Shown piece after piece: positions 19,180 to 29,733 of a stretch of 64,000 nucleotides of DNA (its first letter is position 1; each line of letters opens with the position of its first letter). The notes beneath the pieces were generated by a model. It worked only from the letters and a program-made list of their open reading frames with translations, made no database searches and was not told the origin of the DNA. The translations under genes were made by a program, and so were the position numbers. Origin of the DNA: Candidatus Poriferihabitaceae bacterium. GTDB taxonomy: Bacteria > Pseudomonadota > Gammaproteobacteria > Arenicellales > Poriferihabitantaceae. Location of the stretch: the NCBI GenBank assembly GCA_965203265.1, contig CBDBBV010000002.1:1810773-1874772 (forward strand). Direction: 5' to 3'.

Positions 19180-21403
19180 TCCCCGCCGGCTCCACCCACC
19201 GCAAGCGCCGCGGGCGGCGGAAAAGCCGCAGACGCCAGCGGACGAGGCGGACGCGCACCGCCGAATTCCCCACGGCGACCTGCTCGAACACCTCGGCGCC
19301 TATCTCGGCGAGGAGGCCGTAGCCAACATCCGCGACGCCTGCCTGTACAGCGCCCGCGCCCATGCGGGGCAGACGCGGGCAAGCGGCGAAGATTACATCC
19401 ACCACCCCCTCGCGGTCGCCCGCATCCTCGGCGACATGCGCATGGACAGCCGCACCATCATCGCCGCGCTGTTGCACGATGTGGTGGAGGACACCGAAAT
19501 CACGCTGGCGCAGCTGGCCGAGAGTTTCGGCGACGATGTGGCCGAGCTGGTGGACGGCGTCAGCAAGGTCAGCCAGCTGGAGCAGGAGCCCAAGGAAAAC
19601 GCCGAGGCCGCCTCGTTCCGCAAGATGTTCATGGCCACCGCCAAGGACTTGCGCGTCATCATCATCAAACTGTGCGACCGCCTGCACAACATGCGCACTC
19701 TGGGCCCCCTCAGAGAAGAGAAGAAGCGCCGAGTCGCCCGCCAGACTCTGGAGATCTACGCGCCCATCGCCAACCGCCTCGGCATGAGAGACCTCGCTCA
19801 GACGCTGGAAGATCTGAGCCTGCGAAATCTCTACCCCAAACGCTACAACGCCATCTCGAAAAAACTCGGCAGCAAGAAACGCGGGCGCAAGTCCGTGGTC
19901 AACGAACTGTGCGGCAAGGTGCGACAGGAACTGCAGCGAGTCGGGATCGGCGCGCAGGTGTATGGCCGGGAGAAGGACATCTACAGCATCTACCGCAAGA
20001 TGCAGCAGAAGAAATTGCTATTGCGGGATGTGCAGGACATCAACGCCATCCGCATCGTCACCGAAACCCGCCCGCAGTGCTACCACGCGCTGGGCGTCAT
20101 CCACCAGCTGTACAAGCCTCGCCCGGAGAGTTTCAAGGACTATATCGCCATCCCCAAGGTGAACGGCTACCAGTCCCTGCACACCGTGGTGATCGGGCCC
20201 TTCGGCCAGCCCGTGGAGGTGCAGATACGCAGTCAGGCGATGCATCGGGTGGCGGAGAAGGGCGTGGCATCCCACTGGCTGTACAAAACCGAGACCACCG
20301 GCGAGCACGCGCCTCAGCAGTTGGCGCAGAAATGGCTCAGCAGTTTCCTCGAATCCCAGCAGAAATCCCTCGATTCCGGAGAATTTCTCGAGCACCTGAA
20401 AGCCGATCTGTTCCCCGACGAGGTGTATGTCTTCACCCCCAAGGGCGATATCAAGCGGCTGCCGCGCGGCGCCACCGCGCTGGATTTTTCATATGCGGTG
20501 CACACCGATGTGGGCAATCGCTGCATCGGCGCGCGCATCAATCAGCAAATGGTGCCCCTGCACGAAACCCTCAACAACGGCGACCACGTGGAGATCATCA
20601 CCTCGCGCAGCGCACGCCCGTGGCCGGCGTGGCTGGACTATGCGGTAACCTCCAAGGCGCGCGCCTCGATTCGCCACTTCCTCAATCAGCAGAAAGCCAA
20701 GGAATCGCGCCGACTCGGCGGCAAGCTGCTCAAGCAGGCGCTCACCCGACAGGGCTACCGGCGGTTGCGCATTCCGCCGAATCATCGCACCGCCCTGCTG
20801 CAATATCTGCGGCTGGACGACTGGGAGCAACTGCTGCGCGACATCGGCTTCGGCAAGCGCCCGCCGACTCTGGTAGCCAAGCAGCTGATCACCGCCGCCC
20901 GCCCCAACACCACCACCGATGATGGCGACAACAGCGACGGCGGCGACCCCGGCGGCGACAAACCCGCCGCCATGACCATCGAGGGCACCGAGCGGCTACT
21001 GGTCACCCACGCAAATTGCTGCCACCCCATCCCCGGCGACCACATAATCGGTACCATGACTCGAGGCAGAGGGCTGGTGGTACACCGCGCCAAATGCGCC
21101 AACTGCAAAAATATCGCGCACCATCCGGACAGCTACTTCCACCTCGCGTGGTCGGAAGCCACCAAGGGCAAATTCCAAGTGCGCATCAATCTGGAAACCC
21201 GCAACCAGCCCGGCGTGCTCGCCTCGGTCAGCAACATCATCGCCGCGCACAATTCCAACATCAACAACCTGCAGCTCGACCCCCAGCTGCACGGCACCTC
21301 GTCGATGTCCTTCATCATCGAGGTGAGCGGGCGCGTGCATCTGGCCGGCATCATGCGCCAGCTGCACGGGGAAAATTCCGTGATTCGGCTATCGCGCGCC
21401 TGA
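19103..21403 (+). CDS. spoT: bifunctional (p)ppGpp synthetase/hydrolase
   Basis: HD domain ([15 protein letters not shown]...LLHDVVEDT) followed by RelA/SpoT, TGS and ACT regions. The start is uncertain: the only in-frame ATGs (19103 and 19109) overlap rpoZ by about 75 nt. Confidence 0.85.
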   Translation: MTMSSRRKTVASRLTLSQRWKRKPADPRRLHPPQAPRAAEKPQTPADEADAHRRIPHGDLLEHLGAYLGEEAVANIRDACLYSARAHAGQTRASGEDYIHHPLAVARILGDMRMDSRTIIAALLHDVVEDTEITLAQLAESFGDDVAELVDGVSKVSQLEQEPKENAEAASFRKMFMATAKDLRVIIIKLCDRLHNMRTLGPLREEKKRRVARQTLEIYAPIANRLGMRDLAQTLEDLSLRNLYPKRYNAISKKLGSKKRGRKSVVNELCGKVRQELQRVGIGAQVYGREKDIYSIYRKMQQKKLLLRDVQDINAIRIVTETRPQCYHALGVIHQLYKPRPESFKDYIAIPKVNGYQSLHTVVIGPFGQPVEVQIRSQAMHRVAEKGVASHWLYKTETTGEHAPQQLAQKWLSSFLESQQKSLDSGEFLEHLKADLFPDEVYVFTPKGDIKRLPRGATALDFSYAVHTDVGNRCIGARINQQMVPLHETLNNGDHVEIITSRSARPWPAWLDYAVTSKARASIRHFLNQQKAKESRRLGGKLLKQALTRQGYRRLRIPPNHRTALLQYLRLDDWEQLLRDIGFGKRPPTLVAKQLITAARPNTTTDDGDNSDGGDPGGDKPAAMTIEGTERLLVTHANCCHPIPGDHIIGTMTRGRGLVVHRAKCANCKNIAHHPDSYFHLAWSEATKGKFQVRINLETRNQPGVLASVSNIIAAHNSNINNLQLDPQLHGTSSMSFIIEVSGRVHLAGIMRQLHGENSVIRLSRA

Positions 21404-21455
21404 GATCGAAACCGAGATCGAAACTGCGCCCGCGCCCGTCGACCACCCCCGCACA

Positions 21456-21947
21456 ATGCCCCCCGCCACCGTACACAGTGTGCTGTTCGTGTGCCTCGGC
21501 AACATCTGTCGCTCGCCCACCGCGGAAGGCGTTTTTCGCAAAATCGTCGAATCTCGCGGACTTGCGCGGCAGTTTGCCATCGACTCCGCCGGCACCGGCG
21601 ACTGGCACATCGGTGCGCCGCCGGATGAGCGCGCCCAGCGCGCCGCCGCTCGGCGTGGCATCGATCTGAGCATGTTGCGCGCCCGTCAGGTAGACGCCGC
21701 CGATTTGGCCGCATTCGACTACATCATCGCCATGGACTGCGCCAATCACGCCGACCTGCTGCGTCTTGCCGGAGCGCGTCATCGCCACAAGGTGCACTTG
21801 TTCCTAGATCTCAGCCCGAACATCGACCGCGACGAGGTGCCGGATCCGTATTGCGGCGGCGAAGGCGACTTCGAGCAAGCTCTCGACTTGATCGAACAAG
21901 CGAGCCACAACCTGCTCGACCACATCGTCAAGCAGTCGTCTCCCTAA
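21456..21947 (+). CDS. low-molecular-weight protein-tyrosine phosphatase
   Basis: 163 aa with the CX5R(S/T) loop VLFVCLGNICRSPTAEGVF. Confidence 0.85.
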   Translation: MPPATVHSVLFVCLGNICRSPTAEGVFRKIVESRGLARQFAIDSAGTGDWHIGAPPDERAQRAAARRGIDLSMLRARQVDAADLAAFDYIIAMDCANHADLLRLAGARHRHKVHLFLDLSPNIDRDEVPDPYCGGEGDFEQALDLIEQASHNLLDHIVKQSSP

Positions 21948-21953
21948 CATGCC

Positions 21954-22451
21954 ATGCCAAGTGGCCGCCACATCCGCATCGACCTCGCCGCGCAGACCCT
22001 CACCGTGCACGACTCACTGGGCGACACCCTCGCCGCCTACCCCATCTCCAGCGCCGCCAACGGCGCCGGAGAAGTCATCCATAGCGAATGCACCCCGCGC
22101 GGACGGCACATCGTGCGCGCCAAGATCGGTCACGGCGCGCCGCTCGGCAGCGTGTTCGTCGGGCGGCGGCGGTGGCGGCACGGCGAGATATTCCACCCCG
22201 CCCTGCGCGCCGCCCACCCCGGGCGGGACTGGATACTGACGCGCATCCTGTGGCTCAGCGGCTGCGAACCGGGCTTCAACCGCCTCGGCAATGTGGACAC
22301 CATGCGCCGCTACATCTACATCCACGGCACCCCGGACGACATCGAGCTGGGACGAACCGGCTCTCGCGGCTGCATCCGCATGGGCAATCGCGATGTGGTC
22401 GAACTGTTCGATTCGGTGGCAGTCGGCACGCCGGTGTACATCCATGAATAA
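21954..22451 (+). CDS. L,D-transpeptidase (YkuD) family protein
   Basis: 165 aa with the catalytic block IHGTPDD...GSRGCIRMGNRDVVELF. Confidence 0.75.
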   Translation: MPSGRHIRIDLAAQTLTVHDSLGDTLAAYPISSAANGAGEVIHSECTPRGRHIVRAKIGHGAPLGSVFVGRRRWRHGEIFHPALRAAHPGRDWILTRILWLSGCEPGFNRLGNVDTMRRYIYIHGTPDDIELGRTGSRGCIRMGNRDVVELFDSVAVGTPVYIHE

Positions 22452-23475
22452 CCCGCCCGAACAGTTGCCCCTCGGCTCGCTGATGGTCGATCTCGCCGGT
22501 GAAAACCTGACCGAGGAGGAACGCGATTTCCTGCGCCATCCCGCCGTCGGCGCGGTCATCCTGTTTGCCCGCAACTACCGCAGCAAACCGCAAGTATCCG
22601 CCCTCATCGCCGACATCAAGGCGATCAGAACCCCGCCTCTGTTGGTGGCGGTGGATCAGGAGGGCGGGCGCGTGCAACGTTTCGCGGAAGGTTTCCACAA
22701 ACTACCCGCGCCCGCGCGCATCGGCCACCTATACGCGCATAACCCACGCCGCGCCCTCGCCGCCGCCGAAACCGCCGGCTGGCTCATGGCCGCCGAGACG
22801 CGGCAAACCGGCGTGGATTTCAGCTTTGCCCCACTACTCGATTGCCGCCACCCGCACAGCCGAGTGATCGGCGACCGCGCCTTCCACCACGACCCGCTGG
22901 CCGTGTGCGCATTGGCCGGCGCCTACATAGACGGCATGAAACGCGCCGGCATGGCCGCCACCGGCAAGCACTTCCCCGGCCACGGCGGCGTGCGCGCGGA
23001 TTCCCACGAGCAACTACCGGTGGATTCGCGCCCGCTCGCCGAGATCGAAAAACGCGACCTGCTACCCTTCGCCCGACTAGCCGATCGCCTCGGCGGCATG
23101 ATGACCGCGCATATCCTGTTCAAAGAAATCCACCCAAAACCGCCAACCTACTCACCACTGTGGCTACAACAGGTATTGCGGCGGGAATTGAACTTCACCG
23201 GCGTCATCTTCAGCGACGATCTCAGCATGAAGGGAGCCAACCACGGCACCGGCACCGACGCGGCGACGAAAAGCGCCGCCGCCCTCACCGCCGGTTGCGA
23301 TGTAGCGCTGCTGTGCAACGACCCAACCGGCGCCCGCCACGCCGCCGATGCACTGCAACGAGACGGTTTACGCTGCCCCACCGAACTGGCGGCCCTGCGA
23401 GCGGACACACCCCCACCGCTCGATGCGGACGCGCTCGAACAGGCGGCGGAGGCGTTGGCCGCCGATCTGGGATAG
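22444..23475 (+). CDS. nagZ: beta-N-acetylhexosaminidase
   Basis: Start taken at MNNPPEQLPLGSLMVDLAG within track ORF 22291..23475. GH3 motifs include VAVDQEGGRVQRF and KHFPGHG. Confidence 0.85.
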   Translation: MNNPPEQLPLGSLMVDLAGENLTEEERDFLRHPAVGAVILFARNYRSKPQVSALIADIKAIRTPPLLVAVDQEGGRVQRFAEGFHKLPAPARIGHLYAHNPRRALAAAETAGWLMAAETRQTGVDFSFAPLLDCRHPHSRVIGDRAFHHDPLAVCALAGAYIDGMKRAGMAATGKHFPGHGGVRADSHEQLPVDSRPLAEIEKRDLLPFARLADRLGGMMTAHILFKEIHPKPPTYSPLWLQQVLRRELNFTGVIFSDDLSMKGANHGTGTDAATKSAAALTAGCDVALLCNDPTGARHAADALQRDGLRCPTELAALRADTPPPLDADALEQAAEALAADLG

Positions 23476-23592
23476 GCGCGGCTGCCGCTCGGTGCGTGGC
23501 GGAAAGTCGGGGCGGCCCATACACTGCGGCGTGATACCATGCCGCCGATGAACCGAATCCGCACATCCGCCGCGCCGGGACGCCTCTGACCC

Positions 23593-24636
23593 ATGAACCC
23601 ATCCCGCAAAAATCCCACCCGGCATCTCGCCGCCGCGCTCGCCCGCGCTCCCCGCTTTCCGTGTGCCCATCTGCCGACGCCGTTGGAGCCGTTGAAGCGG
23701 TTGAGTGCTCATCTAGGTGGGCCGAATCTGTGGATCAAGCGGGACGACTGCACCGGCCTCGCCACCGGCGGCAACAAGGCGCGGAAACTCGAATACCTCA
23801 TCGGCGACGCCGTCGCCCAGGGCGCCGACACGGTTATCACCCACGGCGCGCTGCAATCCAACCACGTGTGCCAGACCGCCGCCGCCGCAGCGCTGGCCGG
23901 CTTGGATTGCGAGGTGTTGTACGAACACCGGGTCGCCGATGCGGACGCCGATTACGCCGAATCGGGCAATGTACTGCTGACTCGCCTTCTCGGCGCGCGC
24001 CGCAGCGACCACGCCGCCGACACGGACATGGAGGCCGCCCTGCAGACGGCGGCGCGGGCACTCGCCGACGACGGCAATCTCCCCTACCCCATCACCGGCG
24101 GCGGCTCCAACCCCATCGGCGCGTTGGGATATGCGCAGTGCGCGCTGGAACTAGTTGAGCAGGCCGCGCATATGGGGGTGACCATCGACCATGTAATCCA
24201 CGCCAGCGGCAGCGCCGGAACCCAAGCCGGCCTGATCGCCGGCTGCCACGGCATGGGCCGGCCCTTCCCCATCCTCGGCATCGGCGTCAGCCGGCCACGC
24301 CGCCAACAGGAGCGGAAAGTACTCGACTTGGCGCGCGCCACCGCCGAGCATCTGCGCCTGCCGGGGGAACTGCCGCGCGAATCCGTACAGGTGAACTGCG
24401 ACCACATCGGCGCCGGCTACGGCCTGCCCACCGACGGCATGTTGGAAGCGCTTTCCCTGCTGGCGCGCTTGGAGGGGATATTGCTCGATCCGGTGTATTC
24501 GGGGAAGGCCATGGCCGGATTGATCGATCTGGTGCGCAACGGATTTTTCGCCCCCTCGGACAATGTGGTTTTCCTCCACACCGGCGGCGCAGCGGCGCTG
24601 TTTGCCTATCGCGCGGCGCTGAGCGGAGCGGAATAG
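23593..24636 (+). CDS. PLP-dependent D-cysteine desulfhydrase / ACC deaminase family protein
   Basis: 347 aa. PTPLEPLKRLS...WIKRDDCTGLATGGNKARKLEYL contains the PLP-lysine motif of this family. Confidence 0.75.
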   Translation: MNPSRKNPTRHLAAALARAPRFPCAHLPTPLEPLKRLSAHLGGPNLWIKRDDCTGLATGGNKARKLEYLIGDAVAQGADTVITHGALQSNHVCQTAAAAALAGLDCEVLYEHRVADADADYAESGNVLLTRLLGARRSDHAADTDMEAALQTAARALADDGNLPYPITGGGSNPIGALGYAQCALELVEQAAHMGVTIDHVIHASGSAGTQAGLIAGCHGMGRPFPILGIGVSRPRRQQERKVLDLARATAEHLRLPGELPRESVQVNCDHIGAGYGLPTDGMLEALSLLARLEGILLDPVYSGKAMAGLIDLVRNGFFAPSDNVVFLHTGGAAALFAYRAALSGAE

Positions 24637-24745
24637 GCGGATGGCGCTGGCGCGGGTAGAATCGAGCGTCGCCCACCAACGCCCAAGCCTACGACTACAA
24701 GCGAACCTACGGCGAATTGCGCTTCGTGCGGTTGTTTTGACGACC

Positions 24746-25927
24746 CTAACAAAACGCCTGCAAGCCGGTTTGCGCGCGTCCGAGGATGAGGGCGTGGATG
24801 TCGTGCGTGCCTTCGTAGGTATTGACGGTTTCCAGATTGGCCAGATGGCGCATTACATGGTATTCGTCAAAGATGCCGTTGGCGCCGTGCATGTCGCGGG
24901 ATTGGCGGGCGATTTTCAGCGCCTTGCCGCAGTTGTTGCGCTTGATCAGGGAGATGGCCTCCACCGGGCAACGGCCTTGGTCGAGTAGCCGACCAACGCG
25001 CAGGGCGGCTTGCAGGCCGAGGGTGATTTCGGTTTGCATGTCGGCCAGTTTCTTTTGAATCAGCTGGTTGGCGGCCAGCGGGCGGTTGAATTGGCTGCGC
25101 GTCAGGGTGTATTCGCGCGCCGCGTGCCAGCAGAATTCGGCGGCGCCGAGGACTCCCCAGGCGATGCCGTAGCGCGCCTTGTTGAGGCAGCCGAAGGGGC
25201 CCTTGAGGCCGAGGCTGGCGGCGGCGGGCAGCAGGTTGCCCTCAGGTACGAATACATCGTCCATGACGATTTCGCCGGTGGGGGAGGCGCGCAGGCTCAG
25301 CTTGCCGGAAATTTCGGCGGTGGTGAGGCCGGGCATGTCGCGTTCGAGGATGAAGCCGCGAATGACGCCGTCCAGCTTGGCCCAGACCACGGCGAGGTCG
25401 GCGATGGGGGCGTTGGTGATCCAGGTCTTGCGGCCGCGCAGGCGGTAGCCGCCGTCCACTTTGCGCGCGCGGGTTTTCAGGCCGCCCACATCGGAGCCGT
25501 ATTCCGGCTCGGTCAGGGCGAAGCAGCCGATCAGTTCGCCGCGCGCCAGTAACGGCAGGTAGGTGAGTTTCTGCGCTTCGCTGCCGTATTCGTGAATGGG
25601 GTGCATGACCAGCGAGGACTGCACGCTGAGGCACGAGCGATAGCCGCTGTCCACCCGCTCCACCTCGCGCGCGAGCAGGCCGTAGGCGATGTGGTTGAGG
25701 GCGGCGCCGCCGTATTTTTCCGGCAGGGTCGCCCCCAACATGCCGAGGCGCCCGAATCGGCGCATGATGGCCGGGTCGAAGGTGGCGGTGCGATTGGCTT
25801 GGATGATGCCGGGCAGGAGGGTTTCTTGGCAGAATTCTCGGGCGTTGTCGCGCACCAGTTTTTCGGTTGAGTCGAGCTGGGATTCGAGATCGAAGGGATC
25901 GTCCCATTTGAACGGCGGGGTGGGCAT
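24746..25927 (-). CDS. gcdH: glutaryl-CoA dehydrogenase (acyl-CoA dehydrogenase family)
   Basis: Start taken at [18 protein letters not shown] (ATG 25927) inside the artefactual 976-aa track ORF. ACAD motifs and the C-terminus [18 protein letters not shown] are present. Confidence 0.85.
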   Translation of the reverse strand: MPTPPFKWDDPFDLESQLDSTEKLVRDNAREFCQETLLPGIIQANRTATFDPAIMRRFGRLGMLGATLPEKYGGAALNHIAYGLLAREVERVDSGYRSCLSVQSSLVMHPIHEYGSEAQKLTYLPLLARGELIGCFALTEPEYGSDVGGLKTRARKVDGGYRLRGRKTWITNAPIADLAVVWAKLDGVIRGFILERDMPGLTTAEISGKLSLRASPTGEIVMDDVFVPEGNLLPAAASLGLKGPFGCLNKARYGIAWGVLGAAEFCWHAAREYTLTRSQFNRPLAANQLIQKKLADMQTEITLGLQAALRVGRLLDQGRCPVEAISLIKRNNCGKALKIARQSRDMHGANGIFDEYHVMRHLANLETVNTYEGTHDIHALILGRAQTGLQAFC

Positions 25928-25944
25928 GGGTCGGCCTCGCTGTA

Positions 25945-27594
25945 TCAGTGCCCGCGCCGCCCGTTCCGCCCGCCGAGCCAAGCGGACAGTAGCGCGCCGA
26001 GGCCGGCCAGTAGCAGGAGGGCGCTGATCCAGCCGCTCCATCCGGCGGCCACGGGGAGGAACGCGCCCAATAACAGGGCGACGGCGATCAGGGCGCGGAC
26101 GATGCGGCGCTGGCCGGCAGCCAGTTGGCGGGTCAGTTCGGCGATTTCCCGGTCGCGGGCGCGCACGGTGAGTTCGCCGTTTTTCAGCTGGCTGAGAATT
26201 TGGTGAATGAGGCCGGGCAGTTCGGGGCCGAGGGCGGTCAGGTTGGGCAATTCCCGCTTCAGTTTGCGCGCCGCCGCTCGCGGGCCGAGTTGCTCGCGCG
26301 TCCACTTTTCGAGGAAGGGTTTGGCGGTTTCCCACAGGTCGAGTTGGGGGTATAGCTGCCGGCCCAGTCCCTCGATGTTGAGCAGGGTTTTTTGTAGGAG
26401 TACCAGTTGCGGCTGCACCGGCATTTTGAATCGATGGGCGACGCGAAACAGGTCGATGAGGAAGCCGCCGAAGGAGATTTCGCTGATGGGCTTGGCGAAG
26501 ATGGGTTCGCACACGGTGCGGATGGCGGCTTCGAATTCCTCGGCGGCGGTGGCGGACGGTACCCAACCGGCGCGGATGTGGGCGTCGGCTACCCGACGGT
26601 AGTCGCGCTCGAAGAAGGCCAGCAGGTTCTCCGCGAGATAGCGCTTGTCGGCGGCGGCGAGGGTGCCCATGATGCCGAAATCCACCGCGCGGTATTGTCC
26701 CTCGGGCGACACGAAGATGTTGCCGGGGTGCATGTCGGCGTGGAAGAAGCCGTCTCGGAAGGCTTGGGTGAAGAATATCTCGACGCCGTCGTGTGCCAAT
26801 TTGCGGCGGTCGATGCCGGCGGCGTCTATCTCGTCGAGGCGGCGGATGGGGATGCCGTGAATGCGTTCCATGACCATGACGCTGCGGCGGCTGTGCGCCC
26901 AGTAGACTTGCGGTACATGGATGAGGTCGGAATCGGCGAAATTGGCGCGCAGCTGGCTGGCGTTGGCGGCCTCGCGCATGAGGTCGAGTTCGTTGTGGAT
27001 GGTCTTGTCGTAGTCGGCGACGACTTCCTTGGGCTTGAGGCGGCGGGCTTGCGGCCAGTAGCGCTCGGCGAGGGCGGCGAGGGTGTGCAGCAGTTCGAGG
27101 TCGCGCTCGATGATTTCGCCCACGCCGGGGCGCAATACCTTGACCACCACTTCGGTGCCGTCGAGCAGCTCGGCGTGGTGCACTTGGGCGACCGAGGCGG
27201 AGGCGGCGGCTTCCGGATGGAAGGATTTGAAGTGGTTTTCGAGGGAATCGCCGTAGGCGCGCTCGATGACGGCGCGCGCCTCGCTCGCCGGGAAGGCGGG
27301 TACTTCGTCCTGTAGACGCACCAGTTCGGCGGCGATGTCCGCCGGCAGGAGGTCGGGGCGGGTGGACAGGGCTTGGCCGAATTTGACGAATACCGGGCCG
27401 AGTTCTTCCAACGCCTCGCGCAATCTTCGGGCGCGGGGGATGTCGCCGCTGCGCCGCCAGCGTTTCGGTATGGCCTTGAATAGGAATATGTAGGGCCTGA
27501 AGAGGTGCAGGGCGCTGACGAATTCGCCCAGATTGTGCTTGACCAGCACGCGGGCGATGCGCAGCAGGTGGAAGAAGTTTCGGCGCATGGGCAT
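25945..27594 (-). CDS. ubiB: ubiquinone biosynthesis protein kinase-like UbiB
   Basis: 549 aa. [23 protein letters not shown] is present, together with an ABC1 domain and C-terminal TM helices. Confidence 0.9.
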   Translation of the reverse strand: MPMRRNFFHLLRIARVLVKHNLGEFVSALHLFRPYIFLFKAIPKRWRRSGDIPRARRLREALEELGPVFVKFGQALSTRPDLLPADIAAELVRLQDEVPAFPASEARAVIERAYGDSLENHFKSFHPEAAASASVAQVHHAELLDGTEVVVKVLRPGVGEIIERDLELLHTLAALAERYWPQARRLKPKEVVADYDKTIHNELDLMREAANASQLRANFADSDLIHVPQVYWAHSRRSVMVMERIHGIPIRRLDEIDAAGIDRRKLAHDGVEIFFTQAFRDGFFHADMHPGNIFVSPEGQYRAVDFGIMGTLAAADKRYLAENLLAFFERDYRRVADAHIRAGWVPSATAAEEFEAAIRTVCEPIFAKPISEISFGGFLIDLFRVAHRFKMPVQPQLVLLQKTLLNIEGLGRQLYPQLDLWETAKPFLEKWTREQLGPRAAARKLKRELPNLTALGPELPGLIHQILSQLKNGELTVRARDREIAELTRQLAAGQRRIVRALIAVALLLGAFLPVAAGWSGWISALLLLAGLGALLSAWLGGRNGRRGH

Positions 27595-27617
27595 GGAGCG
27601 GTGGGGCGGCAGAGCGG

Positions 27618-28223
27618 CTAGGCGCGCGCCAAGACGCGGGCCAGGCGTTGCACGCGCCGCTCCAGTCGATCCACATCGGCGCGGGTGCGATCGAGAGATT
27701 GGTCGAAGCGCTCGACCGCCAAGCCGGTGGCCAGCAGGCGCTTTTCCTCGGTGAGGTAGTCGGCGGCGTTGGCGCGGGTGAGGTCGAGGGAATCTTCGGC
27801 CCAGCCGGTCAGTCGGCGCAGCAGGTTGCCGGCCTTGCGCGCCGGAGTGTCGCCGATGTGGCGCGACAGCAGTTCCTCCCAGTCGAGGTCGAGTTCGGCG
27901 AGAATTTTGCGCAAGGATTGGCCGAGCTCGGCATCGCCGCGCACGCTTACCGCGCCGCCGGCACCGGACCTGGCCAGCGCGGCCAGTGCCAGCGCGCTGC
28001 CGCTGAGAGTTACATCCGGCGGCGATTCCACTTCGCGGCGGAATGTGAGGCCCTGCTCGCTGGGCAGCAGGTAGAGGGTGAGGGGCGGGGCGGTGATCTC
28101 CACGCAGAACACGCTGCCTTGCAACTGCGCCAACGCGCGCTTGCCGTCCGGGTCGAGGTCGAGTAGGCGCTCGGCGGCGGCGTTGAGCAGGTCGATGAGG
28201 GCGTTTGCGGCGGGGTCTTGCAT
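27618..28223 (-). CDS. ubiJ: ubiquinone biosynthesis accessory factor UbiJ (SCP2 domain)
   Basis: 201 aa, located between ubiE and ubiB as in other proteobacteria, with an SCP2-like N-terminal half. Confidence 0.7.
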   Translation of the reverse strand: MQDPAANALIDLLNAAAERLLDLDPDGKRALAQLQGSVFCVEITAPPLTLYLLPSEQGLTFRREVESPPDVTLSGSALALAALARSGAGGAVSVRGDAELGQSLRKILAELDLDWEELLSRHIGDTPARKAGNLLRRLTGWAEDSLDLTRANAADYLTEEKRLLATGLAVERFDQSLDRTRADVDRLERRVQRLARVLARA

Positions 28224-28235
28224 CGGTTTGGCGGC

Positions 28236-29003
28236 TCAGTATTTGAAGCCGATGTGGAGGGCGACTATTCCGCCGCTCAGATTGTGTATGCGGATGTCTT
28301 CGAATCCGGCTTGCGCCATCATGTTTTTCAGAGTTTGTTGATCCGGATGCTTGCGGATGGACTCGACCAGATAGCGGTAACTGTGCTCATCGCCGACCAC
28401 CCGCTTGCCGAGGGCGGGGATGACGGCGAAGGACCAGCGATCGTATAGTTTTGCCAGCAGAGGCAATAGCGGCTTGGAGAATTCCAGCAGCAGCAGGCGG
28501 CCGCCGGGTCGGATTACCCGATACAACGAGGCGAGGGCGTCCTGCTTGCGGGTTACATTGCGCAGGCCGAAGGAGATGGCGGCGCAGTGGAAGCAGTCGG
28601 CGGCGAAACTCGGTTTTTCGGCGTCGCAGAGGGCGTAGCCGATGTTGCCGATGAGGCCGGCGTCGATCAGGTTGCGCCGGCCCTGAGCCAACATGGCCGC
28701 ATTGATGTCGGTGAACGCCACCAAGCCGCCCGCGCCGACCTGCCGAGCAAAGTGCTTGGCCATGTCGCCACTACCGGCGGCCACATCCAGAGCCAGATCG
28801 CCGGGGCGCAAGGCACTCTGCGAGGCGGCAAAGCGCTTCCACAGGCGATGGACGCCGAAGCTCATCAGGTCGTTCATCAGGTCGTAGCGACCGGCGACCG
28901 AGCGGAACACATCGGCGACCATGCCGGCCTTGTCGTCGGCGTCCACCGAACGAAAGCCAAAATGGGTGGTGCGCCCCCGTTCCTGACCGGCCTGCTCCGC
29001 CAT
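28236..29003 (-). CDS. ubiE: demethylmenaquinone/ubiquinone C-methyltransferase
   Basis: Start taken at MAEQAGQERGRTTHFGFRSV (29003). FRSVAGRYDLMNDLMSFGVHRLWKR and LDVAAGSGD are canonical UbiE blocks. Confidence 0.9.
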   Translation of the reverse strand: MAEQAGQERGRTTHFGFRSVDADDKAGMVADVFRSVAGRYDLMNDLMSFGVHRLWKRFAASQSALRPGDLALDVAAGSGDMAKHFARQVGAGGLVAFTDINAAMLAQGRRNLIDAGLIGNIGYALCDAEKPSFAADCFHCAAISFGLRNVTRKQDALASLYRVIRPGGRLLLLEFSKPLLPLLAKLYDRWSFAVIPALGKRVVGDEHSYRYLVESIRKHPDQQTLKNMMAQAGFEDIRIHNLSGGIVALHIGFKY

Positions 29004-29019
29004 GACCACCACCCCGCCG

Positions 29020-29385
29020 TCAGGAATCCGCCGCGCGCTCGTGCCCGGCCTCGCGCAGCTGTTCGAGATAACGCCGCCAGTTCTCCGCCTGATTCCTGCC
29101 GAGGGAATGGAGCGTATCCCAAGAATAAATGCCGGTATCGTGGCCGTCATCGAACACCGGCTTGATGGCGTAATTGCCGATCGGCTCGATTTTGTCGATA
29201 TTGACCTCCTCCTTGCCGACCTGCAACACGGCTTGACCGGGGCCATGCCCTTGCACCTCGGCCGAGGGAGAATGCACCCGCAGGTATTCGCAAGTCATCT
29301 CGTAGGATGTGCCGTCGTCGAAGGATACCGTGAGGATTCTGGCTCTGCGGTTGAGGTTGATTTCGGTGGGGGTGGGTTTGCTCAT
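29020..29385 (-). CDS. DUF971 (gamma-butyrobetaine hydroxylase N-terminal-like) protein
   Basis: Start taken at MSKPTPTEINL (29385) within track ORF 29020..29547. FDDGTSYEMTCEYLRVHSPSAEV and FDDGHDTGIYSWDTL are typical of the family. Confidence 0.7.
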   Translation of the reverse strand: MSKPTPTEINLNRRARILTVSFDDGTSYEMTCEYLRVHSPSAEVQGHGPGQAVLQVGKEEVNIDKIEPIGNYAIKPVFDDGHDTGIYSWDTLHSLGRNQAENWRRYLEQLREAGHERAADS

Positions 29386-29568
29386 TGGTTTGGCCGGTTG
29401 TGTCGATTTTACAGATTTTCCGATAGTTGTTGTATTTCCGCTTGCGTGTGGTGCGGCTCTTGCATTTCTATGGCTTTCCACGCGCTTATGTAGGAAATTT
29501 TGTCGATGAGTTTTCCTAGTTGTTTGGCGGTTAATTTTGGGAATCATACCGATAACTTGACAAGGAAT

Positions 29569-29733
29569 TCACTGTTTTTTCTCTTTGATTTTGACTTTTC
29601 CATCCTTACCTACTCGCATAACGAACTTCCTTTCCAGACCTTTATTCGTAGGTACGGGTTCTCTCCCGTGCTCTGCTTTGCCCATGCCCAGCAACGCCTT
29701 CGCCGCTTTATCTAGTTTCTTTCTACTAGTCAT
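29569..29733 (-). CDS. 54-aa basic small ORF downstream of methyltransferase-HNH gene 1 (sORF1)
   Basis: My own translation, since it falls below the track length cutoff: MTSRKKLDKAAKALLGMGKAEHGREPVPTNKGLERKFVMRVGKDGKVKIKEKKQ. Its ATG shares one nt with the upstream TGA. The first 31 codons are duplicated at 31021-31113. Confidence 0.45.
   Translation of the reverse strand: MTSRKKLDKAAKALLGMGKAEHGREPVPTNKGLERKFVMRVGKDGKVKIKEKKQ

Noticed and set aside
24746-27676. 976-aa minus-strand ORF apparently spanning gcdH and ubiB
   Set aside because: Only the last 393 codons (from ATG 25927) look like a real protein (glutaryl-CoA dehydrogenase). The upstream ~580 codons are an Arg/Pro-rich alternative frame laid over the genuine ubiB gene (25945..27594).
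29386-29568. Sigma-70 promoter for the DUF971-ubiE operon in the AT-rich spacer (TAAAAT at 29406-29411, minus strand)
   Set aside because: The -10-like hexamer is good, but no acceptable -35 lies at 16-18 bp and the TG is not correctly spaced for an extended -10. It cannot be distinguished from chance in AT-rich DNA without TSS data.
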